In this document: in pieces, positions 22,300 through 32,456 of the stretch
Position numbering within the stretch: position 1 is the stretch's first letter
Layout of the letters: each line of letters starts with the position of its first letter
Source: Ilumatobacteraceae bacterium
GTDB taxonomy: Bacteria > Actinomycetota > Acidimicrobiia > Acidimicrobiales > Ilumatobacteraceae
Direction of reading: 5' to 3'
Length of the DNA stretch: 64,000 nucleotides
Assembly: GCA_963722415.1 (NCBI GenBank)
Contig: CAVRNI010000026.1
Location: 58,362-122,361 of the forward strand
Position numbers and translations under genes: made by a program
The notes under the pieces: generated by a model
Told to the model about the DNA's origin: nothing
Seen by the model: only the letters and a program-made list of their open reading frames with translations
Databases searched by the model: none

Positions 22300-22866
22300 G
22301 TGACGCAGACGTTCGACGAGTTCGCCGACCTGGTGCGGTCGCGGCGCACGCACCTGCTGGTCGACCGCGACCGCGACGTGCCGCCCGAGCTCGTCCGCGA
22401 GCTGTGCGAACTGGCGACGTGGGCACCGAACCACAAGCGGACCTGGCCGTGGCGCTTCGCACTGTTCACGGGCGAGGGTCGCGCGCGTCTGGGCTCGGCG
22501 TTCGTCGCCGACATGATCGATCGCGACTTCGGTGATGAGGGCAAGCGCACCAAGACGCTGACGAAGTACTGCCGCACTCCGGCCATCGTCGTGGTCGGTT
22601 GCGCGGCGCACGAGAAGGACACGTTCCACGACGAGAACCGTGACGCCGTCGCGGCCGGCATCCAGAACCTGTTGCTCGGTGCCACTGCGGCCGGCCTGGT
22701 GTCGTTCTGGAGCTCGCCGCCACTGATGGACTCGGCGCGCGCGCTCGAGCTGTGCGGCTTCGCCGACGACGACCGGTTGATCGGCGTTGTCTACCTCGGC
22801 TGGCCGTCAGGCTCGGTCGAGCCTCCGCAACGCCCGCCGGTCGAGCTCAACCACGTGTCGACCTGA
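22300..22866 (+). CDS. Nitroreductase-family protein
   Basis: 188 aa: VRSRRTHLLVDRDRDVPPELVRELCELATWAPNHKRTWPWRF...AAGIQNLLLGATAAGLVSFW. Confidence 0.8.
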   Translation: MTQTFDEFADLVRSRRTHLLVDRDRDVPPELVRELCELATWAPNHKRTWPWRFALFTGEGRARLGSAFVADMIDRDFGDEGKRTKTLTKYCRTPAIVVVGCAAHEKDTFHDENRDAVAAGIQNLLLGATAAGLVSFWSSPPLMDSARALELCGFADDDRLIGVVYLGWPSGSVEPPQRPPVELNHVST

Positions 22867-22900
22867 ACGGGCGGCCATCGGTCCGCTCGGCCGCGGGTCG

Positions 22901-24875
22901 ATGAGCATTTGCAATGCTTGCGCGATGCCCGGCATCGACGAGGCGGAACGGGCGCTCGAGCTGGTCGACGAAGCGTGGGCGCGCTTCGACGTCGAAGCCG
23001 TGATCACCCACCTGTCGGCGGCCATCCGCGGCTTCACGGCCGCGGACGAGAAATGTCGGGCGGCCATGGCGTGCGTCCAGCTCGGCGAGATCTTCGCCAA
23101 CGCGCTCGGGCAACATGACTGCCAGCCGCGCCTGGTTCGCGCGGGCGAGGCGTCTCGTCGAGAACGAGCCTCCGTGCATCGAGCAGGGCTGGGTGGCGGT
23201 GGCGGCGATGGGGTGCGACGTCGATGATCCCGCCGTACTGCTCGCGGCCGCCGAGTTGGCGCTCGACCGGGCCCGCCGTTTCGGCGACCTCAACCTCGAG
23301 ACGAAGGCGTTGGCCGACGGCGGGCTGGCCCACGTGCAAGCGGGGCGGGTCGCCGAGGGCATGGCGCTGCTCGACGAGGCGATGGCGTTGGCCTGCGGGC
23401 CCGCCGACGACACCGACGACGGCAGCCAAGTCGGCGTGCTCGTTCTTCACGGCCTGCTACTTCACCGCCGACTTCGAGCGCGCCGGGTCGTGGACCGACT
23501 TGCTCCGTCAGCACGGGCTGATGGGTACGGAGCGAGGCGAGCCGGTGTTCCTCGCCGGCCACTGCGACAGCGTGACGGCCACACTGCTGATGGAGCTCGG
23601 ACAGTGGAGCGAGGCCGAAGCCGTCCTCGTGCGGGCCAAGATCAACTTCGAGACGGCGATGCAAGGCGCCGAGCTGGCATCCGGACATCGCCCTCGCCGA
23701 CCTGCGCATCCGACAGGGTCGGTTCGCCGAAGCCGAGGCCCTGCTGCTCGGCAAGGACCAATCGCTGCAGGCCCTGCTCCCGGCCGCCCGACTGCATCTC
23801 GCCGAGGCGACCACGACCTGGCCCGTGCGGCCGCGCTGCGGGGCCTGCGGGTCATCGGCGACGACCGGCTGCGCGCCGCCGAGTTGCTCACCGTGTTGGT
23901 CGACGCCCAGCTGGCGCAGGGCGAGATCGACGAGGCGACCGCGACGTGCGCCGAGCTGAACGGGCGGGTGAGTGGCCTCGACATCTCGCCCCTGCGGGCC
24001 CGTGCCGCGGCGGCACACGCTCGGGTGCTCGCCGCGGCCGGCGACGTCGGCCAGGCGATTGCGCACTTGGAGACGACCGTCGACCAACTCGACACCCGGC
24101 AACTGCCGTGGCTGCGAGCGGCGTTGCTGATCGATCTGGCCCGACTCCGCGACCAGACCGGCGACACGGCTGGCGCAACGCTCGACGCCAAGGCGGCCGG
24201 CGCCGCGCTGGCAGCACTCGACGTCGTCGTGACCCCGGACGACGTCGCCCTGCTCGAACGGCTCGGGCCCGAGCGCGCCCGGGCGGTCGGCCTGCCGCCC
24301 CGACCGCCGAGCTCGCATCAGCGAGGAAAGTGGTGGGTCGCTTCGTTCGGTGGCTCGTCCGTCCGGTTGCCGGACACAAAGGGTCTGCGCTACCTGGCCG
24401 AGCTCATCGCCTGCCCCGGATCCGAACGCCACGCGCTCGACCTCGTCGACCGCGTCGAAGGGGTCGCACCGAGTGGCGGGATCGATCGGCGCGCCCTCGG
24501 AGATGCCGGCACCGTGCTCGACGCGCAGGCGCGCCTGGCGTATCGGCACCGCATCGAACGTCTGCGAGCCGACGCCGACGATGCGCTCGCCAGCGACCAG
24601 CTCGAGACCGCCGAGGCGTGCCAGGCCGAGCTCGATCAGCTCGTCAGCCAGCTCGCCAGGGCCTACGGCCTCGGCGGGAGGGACCGGCGGTCGGCCTCGG
24701 CCGCCGAGCGCGCCCGCCTGAACGTCACCCGGGCCCTGCGGTCGGCGATCGCCAAGCTGATCGACACGGTGCCCGAGGCCGGGGCCGGTGCTCGATCGGC
24801 GGGTGCGCACGGGCCTCTACTGCGTCGTACGCACCCGTCGCCGACGACGAGGTGCGATGGATCGTTCAGTCCTGA
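22901..24875 (+). pseudogene. TPR-like regulatory protein broken by about six frame switches
   Basis: Sensible text hops between frames. The segments are:
- MSICNACAMPGIDEAERALELVDEAW...IFANALG
- MTASRAWFARARRLVENEPPCIEQGW...EAMALACGPADDTDD
- SACSFFTACYFTADFERAGSW...INFETAMQGAELA
- WHPDIALADLRIRQGRFAEAEALLLGKDQSLQALLPAARLHLAE
- GDHDLARAAALRGL...GKWWVASFGGSSVRLPDTKGLRYLAELIACPGSERHALDL...AERARLNVTRALRSAIAKLIDTVPEAG
- PVLDRRVRTGLYCV
- YAPVADDEVRWIVQS-stop
Switches fall near 23108, 23425, 23672, 23805, 24785 and 24830. Confidence 0.6.
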
Positions 24876-24912
24876 CTGAACGGAACCGCCCCGCATTGAA
24901 CGCAGTAGGGGC

Positions 24913-25643
24913 ATGGAACCTATGCAGACCACCACCCACGAGATCGCCGACGGCATCTACCGCTTCTCGACCTTGATCCCTGACGTCAGCCCGGACGGCT
25001 TCACGTTCAACCAATTCCTCATCGCGGGCGACGAACCGCTCCTCTTCCACACCGGACCCCGGGGCATGTTCCCGCTCGTCGCCGAGGCGCTCGCCGACGT
25101 GATCCCGATCGAGTCGCTGCGGTGGATCACGTTCGGTCACGTCGAGGCCGACGAGTGCGGATCGATGAACATGTGGCTCACCGCCGCCCCGTACAGCCAG
25201 GTGGCGCACGGCGCTCTCGGCTGCGACGTCTCGCTCAACGACATGTGTGATCGCCCGCCGCGGGCACTCGCGGAGGGCGAGGTGATCGACCTCGGGGGCA
25301 AGCGCGTCCGGCAGATCTCGACGCCGCACGTACCTCACGGCTGGGAGGCCCAGGTGCTGTTCGAGGAGACGACCGGCACGCTGCTGTGCGGCGACCTCTT
25401 CAGCCAGCGTCGGTGCTGCGGCCGGCGCTCACGACCAACGACATCGTCGAGCCGGCGCTGGCGGCCGAGGGCATGTTCCATTTCACATGTCTGGCACCGC
25501 ACACCGCGACGACGCTCCGCTCGCTCGGCGACCTGGCACCCACGACGCTCGCCGTGATGCACGGATCGTCGTTCCAGGGTGACGGCAAGCAGGCGCTGTA
25601 CCAACTCGCCGCCAGCTATGAGTCGTTGATCGTCCCCGCCTGA
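24913..25643 (+). CDS. MBL-fold metallo-hydrolase-like protein, frame switch near 25405-25435
   Basis: IADGIYRFSTLIPDVSPDGFTFNQFLIAGDEPLLFHTGP...WITFGHVEADECGSMN...HVPHGWEAQVLFEETTGTLLCGDLFSQ continues in ORF 25386..25643 as ...LRPALTTNDIVEPALAAEGMF...AVMHGSSFQGDG. Confidence 0.6.
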
Positions 25644-25743
25644 CGCCGCTCCGGCCTCGGCGATCGCTGTCACACCCCTTGTTTAGGGTGGTTGGTGTCC
25701 GGCTTCCCCCTGGTTGATCGTGTGGATCGAGAGGGGTTGGGTG

Positions 25744-27065
25744 ATGGATGATCGTGGTGTCGGCGAGGCGATCGCCGGGTTGTTGGCGGTCGATGTGGCC
25801 GGGTGTGACCGGGCTGGTCTGGGCGGGGCGGTGACGTTGGCGCAGCGGGTGCGGGGTTGGGTCGATGCGGTCGATGTGGCGATCGCCCGCCGCTCCCGGG
25901 AGTTGGCCGCCGAGGGTCGCTCCGAATCGGCGGCTGAGGTGTTGACGGGGTATGGGCGACGTTCGACGCGGGAGACGAAAGCGGCGTCGGATCGTTCTGA
26001 GGTGTGTGAGCAGATGCCCGGCTTCGAGACCGCGCTCGCTGCCGGTGATGTGTCGTCCAGCCATGTCGACGCCGTCGCGAACGCAGCCAAAGGGTTGGAT
26101 GATGCGGGGCGGGAACGCCTCGGCGAACTGCAGGACGCGTTGTTGGGGTTCGCCCGGATGGAGCCGGTCGGGGTGTTCGAGCGTCGCTGCCGACTGCTCG
26201 GCAAACGACTCGCCGGTGACGAAGGCGAGTGCGAACTCGACAAGCAGAAGGCGGCGGTGTCGGTGCGACGTTGGGTCGACAAGGCGTCCGGGATGCACCA
26301 CACCCACCTCACGCTTGGATCCGGAACGCGACGCCAAGTTGTGGTCGGCGATCGACGCCCAGTTGGCGTCGATCAAACAAGCGGATGGCAACTCCGGCAC
26401 CCCGATCGATCAGTTGTTGGCCGATGCGGTGGTGTCGGCGGTTTCCGGTGGAGCGAGTCGGGGAGCGGCGGGTGCCGGAGATCTGCGTCCACGTCGACTA
26501 CGCCACGATGCTCAACGGCCTCCACGAGCATTCGGTGTGTGAGACCGCCGATGGGATCCCGCTGCCACCCGAGACGGTGCGCCGTTTGGCGTGCGAGGCA
26601 GCGATCGTGCCGATCGTGCTCAACGGCGCCGGCGAAGCCTTGAACTGTGGCCGCGAGGCCCGGGTTGCGAACCGGGCGCAGCGGCGGGCGTTACGGGCGA
26701 TGTACCGCACCTGCGGCTACCCCGGCTGCGAGGTGGTGTTCGACCGTTGCGACATCCACCACGTCATCGAATGGCTCCGCTACGGAAGCACCAATCTGGA
26801 CAATCTGCTGCCGTTGTGCTCGAACCATCACCATCTCGTTCACGAAGGACGCTGGCGGATGACCCTCGACAAACACCGGGTCATCACCATCCACCGACCC
26901 GACGGCACCCGACACTTCCACGGCACCACCACCAACCGCACCAGCCGAGCCGGCCGAGCCGCGGCATCGGCGACCGCCAACACCGGCGATCGGGCACCGA
27001 GGCACGGCCACCGCGACACCCGAGACCACCAACGACCGACGGCACGTGCCGCAGGCCCGCCATGA
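25744..27065 (+). pseudogene. DUF222 + HNH endonuclease (13E12-repeat-like, mobile-element-associated family), two frame switches (about 26310, about 26455)
   Basis: Segment 1 is MDDRGVGEAIAGLLAVDVAGCDRAGL...RWVDKASGMHHTHLT. Segment 2 is LDPERDAKLWSAIDAQL...LLADAVVSAVS. Segment 3 is RRVPEICVHVDYATMLNG...CGYPGCEVVFDRCDIHHVIEWLRYGSTNLDNLLPLCSNHHHLVHEG (HNH motif). Confidence 0.75.
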
Positions 27066-27221
27066 GCCGCTCGACCGGCGAGATTCGGACGAACGGCCGG
27101 GTCTGTCGCGTCCCGCCTCATCGCGGCCCGCTCGACGGTACGGCACCCGCGAATCGCTCGGCGCAGCATCGACCGCTCACGTCTCGATGCGAAGTCTACC
27201 GTGCCGGCGACGCAGTCGCGG

Positions 27222-27800
27222 TCAGGCGAGCGCCTGGTCGGCGAGATGCTTGGCGAGGTGCTCAGCAGGGCACTGGTGCGGCCCACGGCCGAAATGAGCG
27301 TCGCTCAGATCGACGAGGACCTCCTCACCGTTCGGTCGGACACGGCGGGTGAACGGCACCGGAGGGGTGGACGATCCGGCCCGGCGTTCGTCGATCAGCG
27401 CCAGCGTGGCGGCGTGCGCCTGCACGAGGACGCACACGACTGCGGCGGCGTGCTCGGTCCTCCCTCCGCACGCCTCCACGAGACGGTCCGCCGCCACGTC
27501 CGCTTCGTCGGTTTGCGCGAAGTGAGGCTGATAGGCGGCGGCGACCAGGGCGACGTCGGCTTCCAGGTCGGCCGGAAGCCCGAGCGCTACCAGCAGCGAC
27601 CGCGTCGGTGTGCCCTCGTAGGTGACGAGTCCGAGCTGCTCGATCACGCTCACGACAAGTGCGCGACGGCGACGATGCGCCTCGCCCTCACTGAACCGCA
27701 CTACGGCCCCACGAAGCCATCCGACTCCGCTTGTCGCGGGAGGCACGACGGGCACCGAATAGGCCGGGTCCTCCAACACGTCACTCGCCACGCAATCCAC
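27222..27800 (-). CDS. Short cytochrome-P450-like protein (192 aa; Cys-ligand loop retained)
   Basis: The C-terminus HFGRGPHQCPAEHLAKHLA matches the FxxGxHxCxG heme-thiolate loop. Earlier segments resemble P450 helices (SEGEAHRRRRALV, LVQAHAATLALI). The protein is only about half the length of a normal P450. Confidence 0.45.
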   Translation of the reverse strand: MDCVASDVLEDPAYSVPVVPPATSGVGWLRGAVVRFSEGEAHRRRRALVVSVIEQLGLVTYEGTPTRSLLVALGLPADLEADVALVAAAYQPHFAQTDEADVAADRLVEACGGRTEHAAAVVCVLVQAHAATLALIDERRAGSSTPPVPFTRRVRPNGEEVLVDLSDAHFGRGPHQCPAEHLAKHLADQALA

Positions 27801-27812
27801 GGGAGATCGATC

Positions 27813-28976
27813 TCACTCCAGGAAGTTGCCGGCCTGGATCTCGTACCGAGCTGACTCCTCGTCGAACGCGACGCCGACCGGGTCACCGCCGGTGGCGACG
27901 ACCTCCACCTGCTGGCGGAACAAGTGCCGGAACATCGTCACGCCTCGATCGCTGCCGGCGAGGTGCTCATGGGAATGCAACGTGACCGCCCCTTGGCCGA
28001 CCTGCGCCTCGTAGTCGCCCGGCAGCCGGCGGTGCTCCTCCTCGGTGAGCTGGTCCCACGTCTTGCCGTCGTAGCGGGCGCGGATCCGCGCCGCGCCGAC
28101 CGGCCGGACCAGCAGGGTGAGGATCTTCGTCTCCGTACGTGAGATCGGGAGCGTCCACGACACGTTGTTCGCCGGCCCGTATTCCTCGACGAACGGGCTG
28201 GCGACGATCCGCAGGGTCGGCATCACCACCTCCGTGACACGGTGGAAGCGGACGCCGCCGTCGAGGATCCGGTCCTGGTAGCTCTTCACGCCGCGCTCGG
28301 TGGCATGCCAGCTGACCTCCGGCAGGCTCGCCATCTCGGCGACGAACTGGTTACCGCTGAACTCCGAGTGCAGCACGAACACGTGAAACGGGTCCATCAC
28401 GTTCTCGTGCGTCTGGAACCAGTTGCACGGCGTGGTCGTGCCCTCGAGCCCGATGTTGTTGTCGTCGGCGACGATCTCGTAGCCGTCGGGCACGCGGTCG
28501 AAGACGTCGTACGTCGGGAACGCCGGCTTGCGCTCCGGCGGACCGAGGTAGGCGAACACGAGACCGTGGTACTCGTGGACGGGGTACCACGGTTGGCGAT
28601 AGCGGTCCCGGCGTCGCCCGCGGTCGACCTCGACCGGCATGTCGAGGCAGCGACCGTCGGGAGCGAACAGCCACCCGTGGTAGCAACACCGGATGCCGTC
28701 GTCCTCGACCTTGCCGTAGTACAGCGTCGTGCCGCGGTGACAGCAGCGAGGGTGAACGAGACCGGCCTCGCCGTGGCCGTTCCGGAACAGGATCAGATCC
28801 TCGCCGAGGATTCGCACCGGACGCGGCGTGTCGGTCGCGTCGCGAGACAGGGCGAACGGGTGCCAGTACCGCCGCAGCAGTTCCCCCGCCGGGGTGCCCG
28901 CCTCGACCTCGACGAGGGTCGGGTCCGATTCGGCTGCCGGCATCCCGTACGCGGTGCCTTCGTCGACTGCAGTCAC
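27813..28976 (-). CDS. Rieske [2Fe-2S] aromatic-ring/steroid-type oxygenase, alpha subunit
   Basis: 387 aa. Rieske motif CCHRGTTL...(17 aa)...CCYHGWLF; catalytic-domain segment NWFQTHENVMDPFHVFVLH. Confidence 0.85.
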   Translation of the reverse strand: MTAVDEGTAYGMPAAESDPTLVEVEAGTPAGELLRRYWHPFALSRDATDTPRPVRILGEDLILFRNGHGEAGLVHPRCCHRGTTLYYGKVEDDGIRCCYHGWLFAPDGRCLDMPVEVDRGRRRDRYRQPWYPVHEYHGLVFAYLGPPERKPAFPTYDVFDRVPDGYEIVADDNNIGLEGTTTPCNWFQTHENVMDPFHVFVLHSEFSGNQFVAEMASLPEVSWHATERGVKSYQDRILDGGVRFHRVTEVVMPTLRIVASPFVEEYGPANNVSWTLPISRTETKILTLLVRPVGAARIRARYDGKTWDQLTEEEHRRLPGDYEAQVGQGAVTLHSHEHLAGSDRGVTMFRHLFRQQVEVVATGGDPVGVAFDEESARYEIQAGNFLE

Positions 28977-28991
28977 GTCGCCCCCTCGCGG

Positions 28992-29008
28992 TCGTCTCTG
29001 AGAGACGA
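28992..29008. promoter_or_regulatory. Perfect 17-bp palindrome 16 nt upstream of the Rieske oxygenase start (operator candidate)
   Basis: tcgtctctgagagacga reads identically on both strands (odd centre). Confidence 0.4.
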
Positions 29009-29096
29009 ACCGTAATGGAGGTGGGTGGCCTGATGGCGGTCGAACCCACGCCGCTGATTCCGTCTCATCTGGCGGTTTCGACCGGCCTGGACAGTG

Positions 29097-29459
29097 TCAG
29101 AACTCGATGGCGACGGCTGGAACCTCGTAGCACCACGCCTGGTAGGTGAGGCCGATGTCGGGATCGCCGCCCCAGACGTACTTGGCGCCCATCAGGTCGC
29201 CGACACGTTGACGCTCGTCGGCGTCGGTGACGACACGGGCGGTGCCATTGCGGATCTGGTCGTCGATGCGCACGATCACCTCGGGCTCGGCGATCAGGTT
29301 GAGGTACCAGTCGGCCTTTGGGCCGGTGCCGGAGATGAGGTACAGGGTGCCATCGCTCACACCGAACCAGATCTCGATCTCGTGGGGGTTGCCGGTGCGG
29401 CGGCCGATGGTCGTGACGTAGCAGTTCTCGACCTCACCGAACGGCTCGAGCCAGCTCAT
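29097..29459 (-). CDS. Deazaflavin(F420)-dependent nitroreductase/quinone-reductase-family protein (DDN-like)
   Basis: 120 aa from ATG 29457-29459: [63 protein letters not shown]. The start overlaps the mutase stop (ATGA). Confidence 0.65.
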   Translation of the reverse strand: MSWLEPFGEVENCYVTTIGRRTGNPHEIEIWFGVSDGTLYLISGTGPKADWYLNLIAEPEVIVRIDDQIRNGTARVVTDADERQRVGDLMGAKYVWGGDPDIGLTYQAWCYEVPAVAIEF

Positions 29460-31033
29460 GGCGTGTAGAGGCCGAACACTCCTCGCAGGGCGTCGCTGAC
29501 CTCGCCGAGCGTGGCGTTGGCCCGCAGCGCCTCCTTCATCGGGTACATCAGGTTCTGCGTGCCGCGTGCCGCGGCGACGACGTCGTCGAGCACGGCCTCG
29601 ACGTGCGACACGTCGCGATCGGCCTTGAACGCCGCGAGTCGTTCGCACTGGCCGCGCTCGAGCTCCGGGTCACCCGAGAGCACCTTCGGCTCCGGCTCGT
29701 CGTCGAGCGCGTACTTGTTGAGCCCCACGATCACCCGCTCGTCGTCGTCGATCGACTTGGCGTACTCGTAGGCGGCCTGCTCGATCTCGTCCATCTGGAA
29801 GTGCGCCTCGATCGCCGCCACAGCGCCTCCCATCTCGTCGATGCGGTCGATGTACTCCCAGGCGAGTCGCTCGACGTCGTCGGTGAGCGATTCGACGAAG
29901 TACGAACCGGCGAGGGGATCGGGTGTGTCGACAACTCCGGACTCGGCAGCGATGATCTGCTGCGTCCGCAGCGCCAGCCGGGCGGCTTCCTCGGTCGGCA
30001 ACGACAGGGCCTCGTCGTAGCCGTTGGTGTGCAGGCTCTGCGTCCCGCCGAGCACCGCGGCCAACGCCTGGAGTGAGACCCGAACGACGTTGTTGAGGGG
30101 CTGCTGGGCGGTGAGCGTCGACCCGCCCGTCTGGGTGTGGAAACGCAGCATCGCGCTGCGCGGGTCCTTGGCACCGAAGCGCTCGGTCATGATCCGATGC
30201 CACATCCGCCGGCTGGCCCGGAACTTGGCCACCTCCTCGAAGAAGTCGTTGTGCCCGTTCCAGAAGAACGACAGTCGTGGGCCGAAGTCGTCGACGTCCA
30301 TGCCGGCGTCGATCGCAGCCTGCACGTAGGCGATCGCGTTGGCGAGCGTGAACGCGACCTCCTGCACCGCGGTCGAGCCCGCCTCACGGATGTGGTAGCC
30401 GGAGATCGAGATCGTGTTCCACTTCGGGACGTTCTTGGAGCAGTACTCGAAGATGTCGGTGATGATCCGCATCGACGGCCGCGGTGGGTACACGTACGTG
30501 CCGCGGGCGATGTACTCCTTGAGCAGATCGTTCTGGATCGTGCCCGAGATCTGATCGCCGCCGACCCCTTGCTCCTCGGCGACGAGCTCGTAGAGCAGGA
30601 GCAGGATCGACGCCGTCGAGTTGATGGTCATCGACGTCGTGACCTGATCGAGGGGGATGTCGGCCAGGAGCAGTCGCATGTCGGCGATCGAGTCGATCGC
30701 CACACCCACCTTGCCGACCTCGCCCTCGGCGCGCGGGTGGTCGGAGTCGAGACCCATCTGGGTCGGCAGGTCGAACGCACAGGACAGCCCGGTCTGGCCC
30801 GCGCCGAGCAGGAACTTGAAGCGGTGGTTGGTCGACTCGGCCGTGCCGAACCCGGCGTACTGACGCATCGTCCACGGCCGCCCGCGGTACATCGAGGGAT
30901 ACACGCCGCGCGTGAACGGCGCCTCACCGGGCCGTCCGAGCAGCACGTCAGGATCCCATCCCACGAGATCGTCGGCGGTGTACAGCGGCCTGACCTCGAT
31001 CCCAGAGTCGGTTCGGCGGACGCCCTCTGTCAT
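29456..31033 (-). CDS. Acyl-CoA (methylmalonyl-CoA-type) mutase, catalytic large subunit without B12-binding domain
   Basis: 525 aa: [31 protein letters not shown]...[20 protein letters not shown]...[24 protein letters not shown]. It ends before any cobalamin-binding (DxHxxG) module. Confidence 0.88.
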   Translation of the reverse strand: MTEGVRRTDSGIEVRPLYTADDLVGWDPDVLLGRPGEAPFTRGVYPSMYRGRPWTMRQYAGFGTAESTNHRFKFLLGAGQTGLSCAFDLPTQMGLDSDHPRAEGEVGKVGVAIDSIADMRLLLADIPLDQVTTSMTINSTASILLLLYELVAEEQGVGGDQISGTIQNDLLKEYIARGTYVYPPRPSMRIITDIFEYCSKNVPKWNTISISGYHIREAGSTAVQEVAFTLANAIAYVQAAIDAGMDVDDFGPRLSFFWNGHNDFFEEVAKFRASRRMWHRIMTERFGAKDPRSAMLRFHTQTGGSTLTAQQPLNNVVRVSLQALAAVLGGTQSLHTNGYDEALSLPTEEAARLALRTQQIIAAESGVVDTPDPLAGSYFVESLTDDVERLAWEYIDRIDEMGGAVAAIEAHFQMDEIEQAAYEYAKSIDDDERVIVGLNKYALDDEPEPKVLSGDPELERGQCERLAAFKADRDVSHVEAVLDDVVAAARGTQNLMYPMKEALRANATLGEVSDALRGVFGLYTP

Positions 31034-31080
31034 GGGTCAAGCGTAGAGCGGCAATGTGGTCACGGCGACCACGCGCGCGA

Positions 31081-31485
31081 CTACGTCGTGGCGGCGACGA
31101 TGGCGATCTCGAGCTTCCACTCGGGTCGTGCCAAGCGCGGCACGGTGATCAGTGTCGAGGCCGCCCGGTGCCGGCCCATGAACGCGTCGCGCGCAGCCAT
31201 CACCGGCTCCAGCGATTCGCCTTCGACCACGTAGGTCACCACGGAGACGACGTCGATCGGTTTCATGCGCGCCTGGATGATGAGGGTGCGGATGGTCGAC
31301 CACACGACTTCCGCCTGTTCCTCGATTCCAGAGGGAACGGAACCATCGGGGCGGATCGGTACGACACCCGACGTGTGCAGCCATCGCGAGGCGTCTTCGG
31401 TGACGATCGCGTGGGCGAAGTTGGCGGCTGGCGGAGCGATCGATGACGGTCGGACCTCACGGTTCACGGCCTCATGCTCGCGCAT
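31081..31485 (-). CDS. RidA/YjgF/L-PSP family protein
   Basis: 134 aa: SIAPPAANFAHAIVTEDASRWLHTSGVVPIRPDGSVPSGIEEQAEVVWSTIRTLI...VTYVV...TLITVPRLARPEWKLEIAIVA. Confidence 0.8.
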   Translation of the reverse strand: MREHEAVNREVRPSSIAPPAANFAHAIVTEDASRWLHTSGVVPIRPDGSVPSGIEEQAEVVWSTIRTLIIQARMKPIDVVSVVTYVVEGESLEPVMAARDAFMGRHRAASTLITVPRLARPEWKLEIAIVAATT

Positions 31486-31499
31486 GAACCGGGAGTAGC

Positions 31500-32348
31500 G
31501 TGAAAGCCATGGCCATCACCGAGACGAGCGTGCCGGCGAGCGCGCCCACGACCACCCCGATGATCGACGGCGTCGAACTGACGCCGCAGCAGGTCGTGGT
31601 GACGCTCCCCCAGTCGTTCGCCACGGTCGAGGAAGAGCGCAACCACCGGCGGCACAAGCTGGCCGGCGCGTTGCGGATCTTCGGTCGGCTGGGATTCGGC
31701 GAGGGTGTCGCCGGCCACATCACGGTGCGGGATCCTGAGTACCCGGACCATTTCTGGGTCAATCCGTTCGGCGTCAGCTTCCGTCACGCGCGGGCCAGCG
31801 ACCTGATCCTGGTGAACCATGCCGGCGAGGTCGTGTACGGCAAGCACCCCGTGAACCGGGCGGCGTTCGTGATCCACGCCGCGATCCACCAGGCCCGGCC
31901 CGACGTCGTCGCCGCCGCGCACTCGCACTCGCCGTACGGCAAGTCGTTCAGCTCGCTCGGCATCCCACTCGCCCCACTGACACAGGACGCCTGCATCTTC
32001 TACGAGGACCACGTGGTCATCGCCGAGCAGGGCGGCGCGGTCGTGTTGGAGATCGAGGCGGGCAGGGAGCTGGCCTCCAAGTTCCCGAGCGGCAAGGCGG
32101 CGATCCACAAGAACCACGGCTTGTTCACGGTCGGCGAGACGGTCGACGAGGCGGCGTTCTGGTTCATCACGATGGAGCGCTCGTGCCAGGCCCAACTGAT
32201 GGCGATGGCGGCCGGCACACCCGAGCCGATCCGCCACGAGTTCGCGAAGTACACCGCCCAGCAGGTCGGCTTCCCGCTCGCCGGCTGGTTCAGCTTCCAG
32301 CCGTTGTGGCAGGAGATCTGCCAGACCGATCCCGAGTTGTTCGACTGA
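31500..32348 (+). CDS. Class II aldolase/adducin-family protein
   Basis: 282 aa: RNHRRHKLAGALRIFGRLGFGEGVAGHITVRDPEYPDHFWVNPFG...AAAHSHSPYGKSFSSLG...IHKNHGLFTVGETVDEA. Confidence 0.8.
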   Translation: MKAMAITETSVPASAPTTTPMIDGVELTPQQVVVTLPQSFATVEEERNHRRHKLAGALRIFGRLGFGEGVAGHITVRDPEYPDHFWVNPFGVSFRHARASDLILVNHAGEVVYGKHPVNRAAFVIHAAIHQARPDVVAAAHSHSPYGKSFSSLGIPLAPLTQDACIFYEDHVVIAEQGGAVVLEIEAGRELASKFPSGKAAIHKNHGLFTVGETVDEAAFWFITMERSCQAQLMAMAAGTPEPIRHEFAKYTAQQVGFPLAGWFSFQPLWQEICQTDPELFD

Positions 32349-32350
32349 GT

Positions 32351-32406
32351 CTGATTGAGTCGGCTCACCCGACGCCCGTACTGATGCACGTCTGGTCGCC
32401 GACTCG
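32351..32406 (-). repeat. REP-like palindromic element, copy 3 (inverted orientation)
   Basis: The reverse complement reads cgagtcggcgaccagacgtgcatcagtacgggcgtcgggtgagccgactcaatcag. It starts 3 nt after the aldolase stop. Confidence 0.85.
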
Positions 32407-32456
32407 TCCGCCCACGTGACCGGCGCACGTCTGGGACGCGGACTCCCACCGTTCAC

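Noticed and set aside
24864-24881. Small hairpin gttcagt-cctg-actgaac at the end of the TPR regulator as a terminator.
   Set aside because: The stem is only 7 bp, it overlaps the stop codon region, no U-tract follows, and the next gene starts 32 nt later. Too weak to call.
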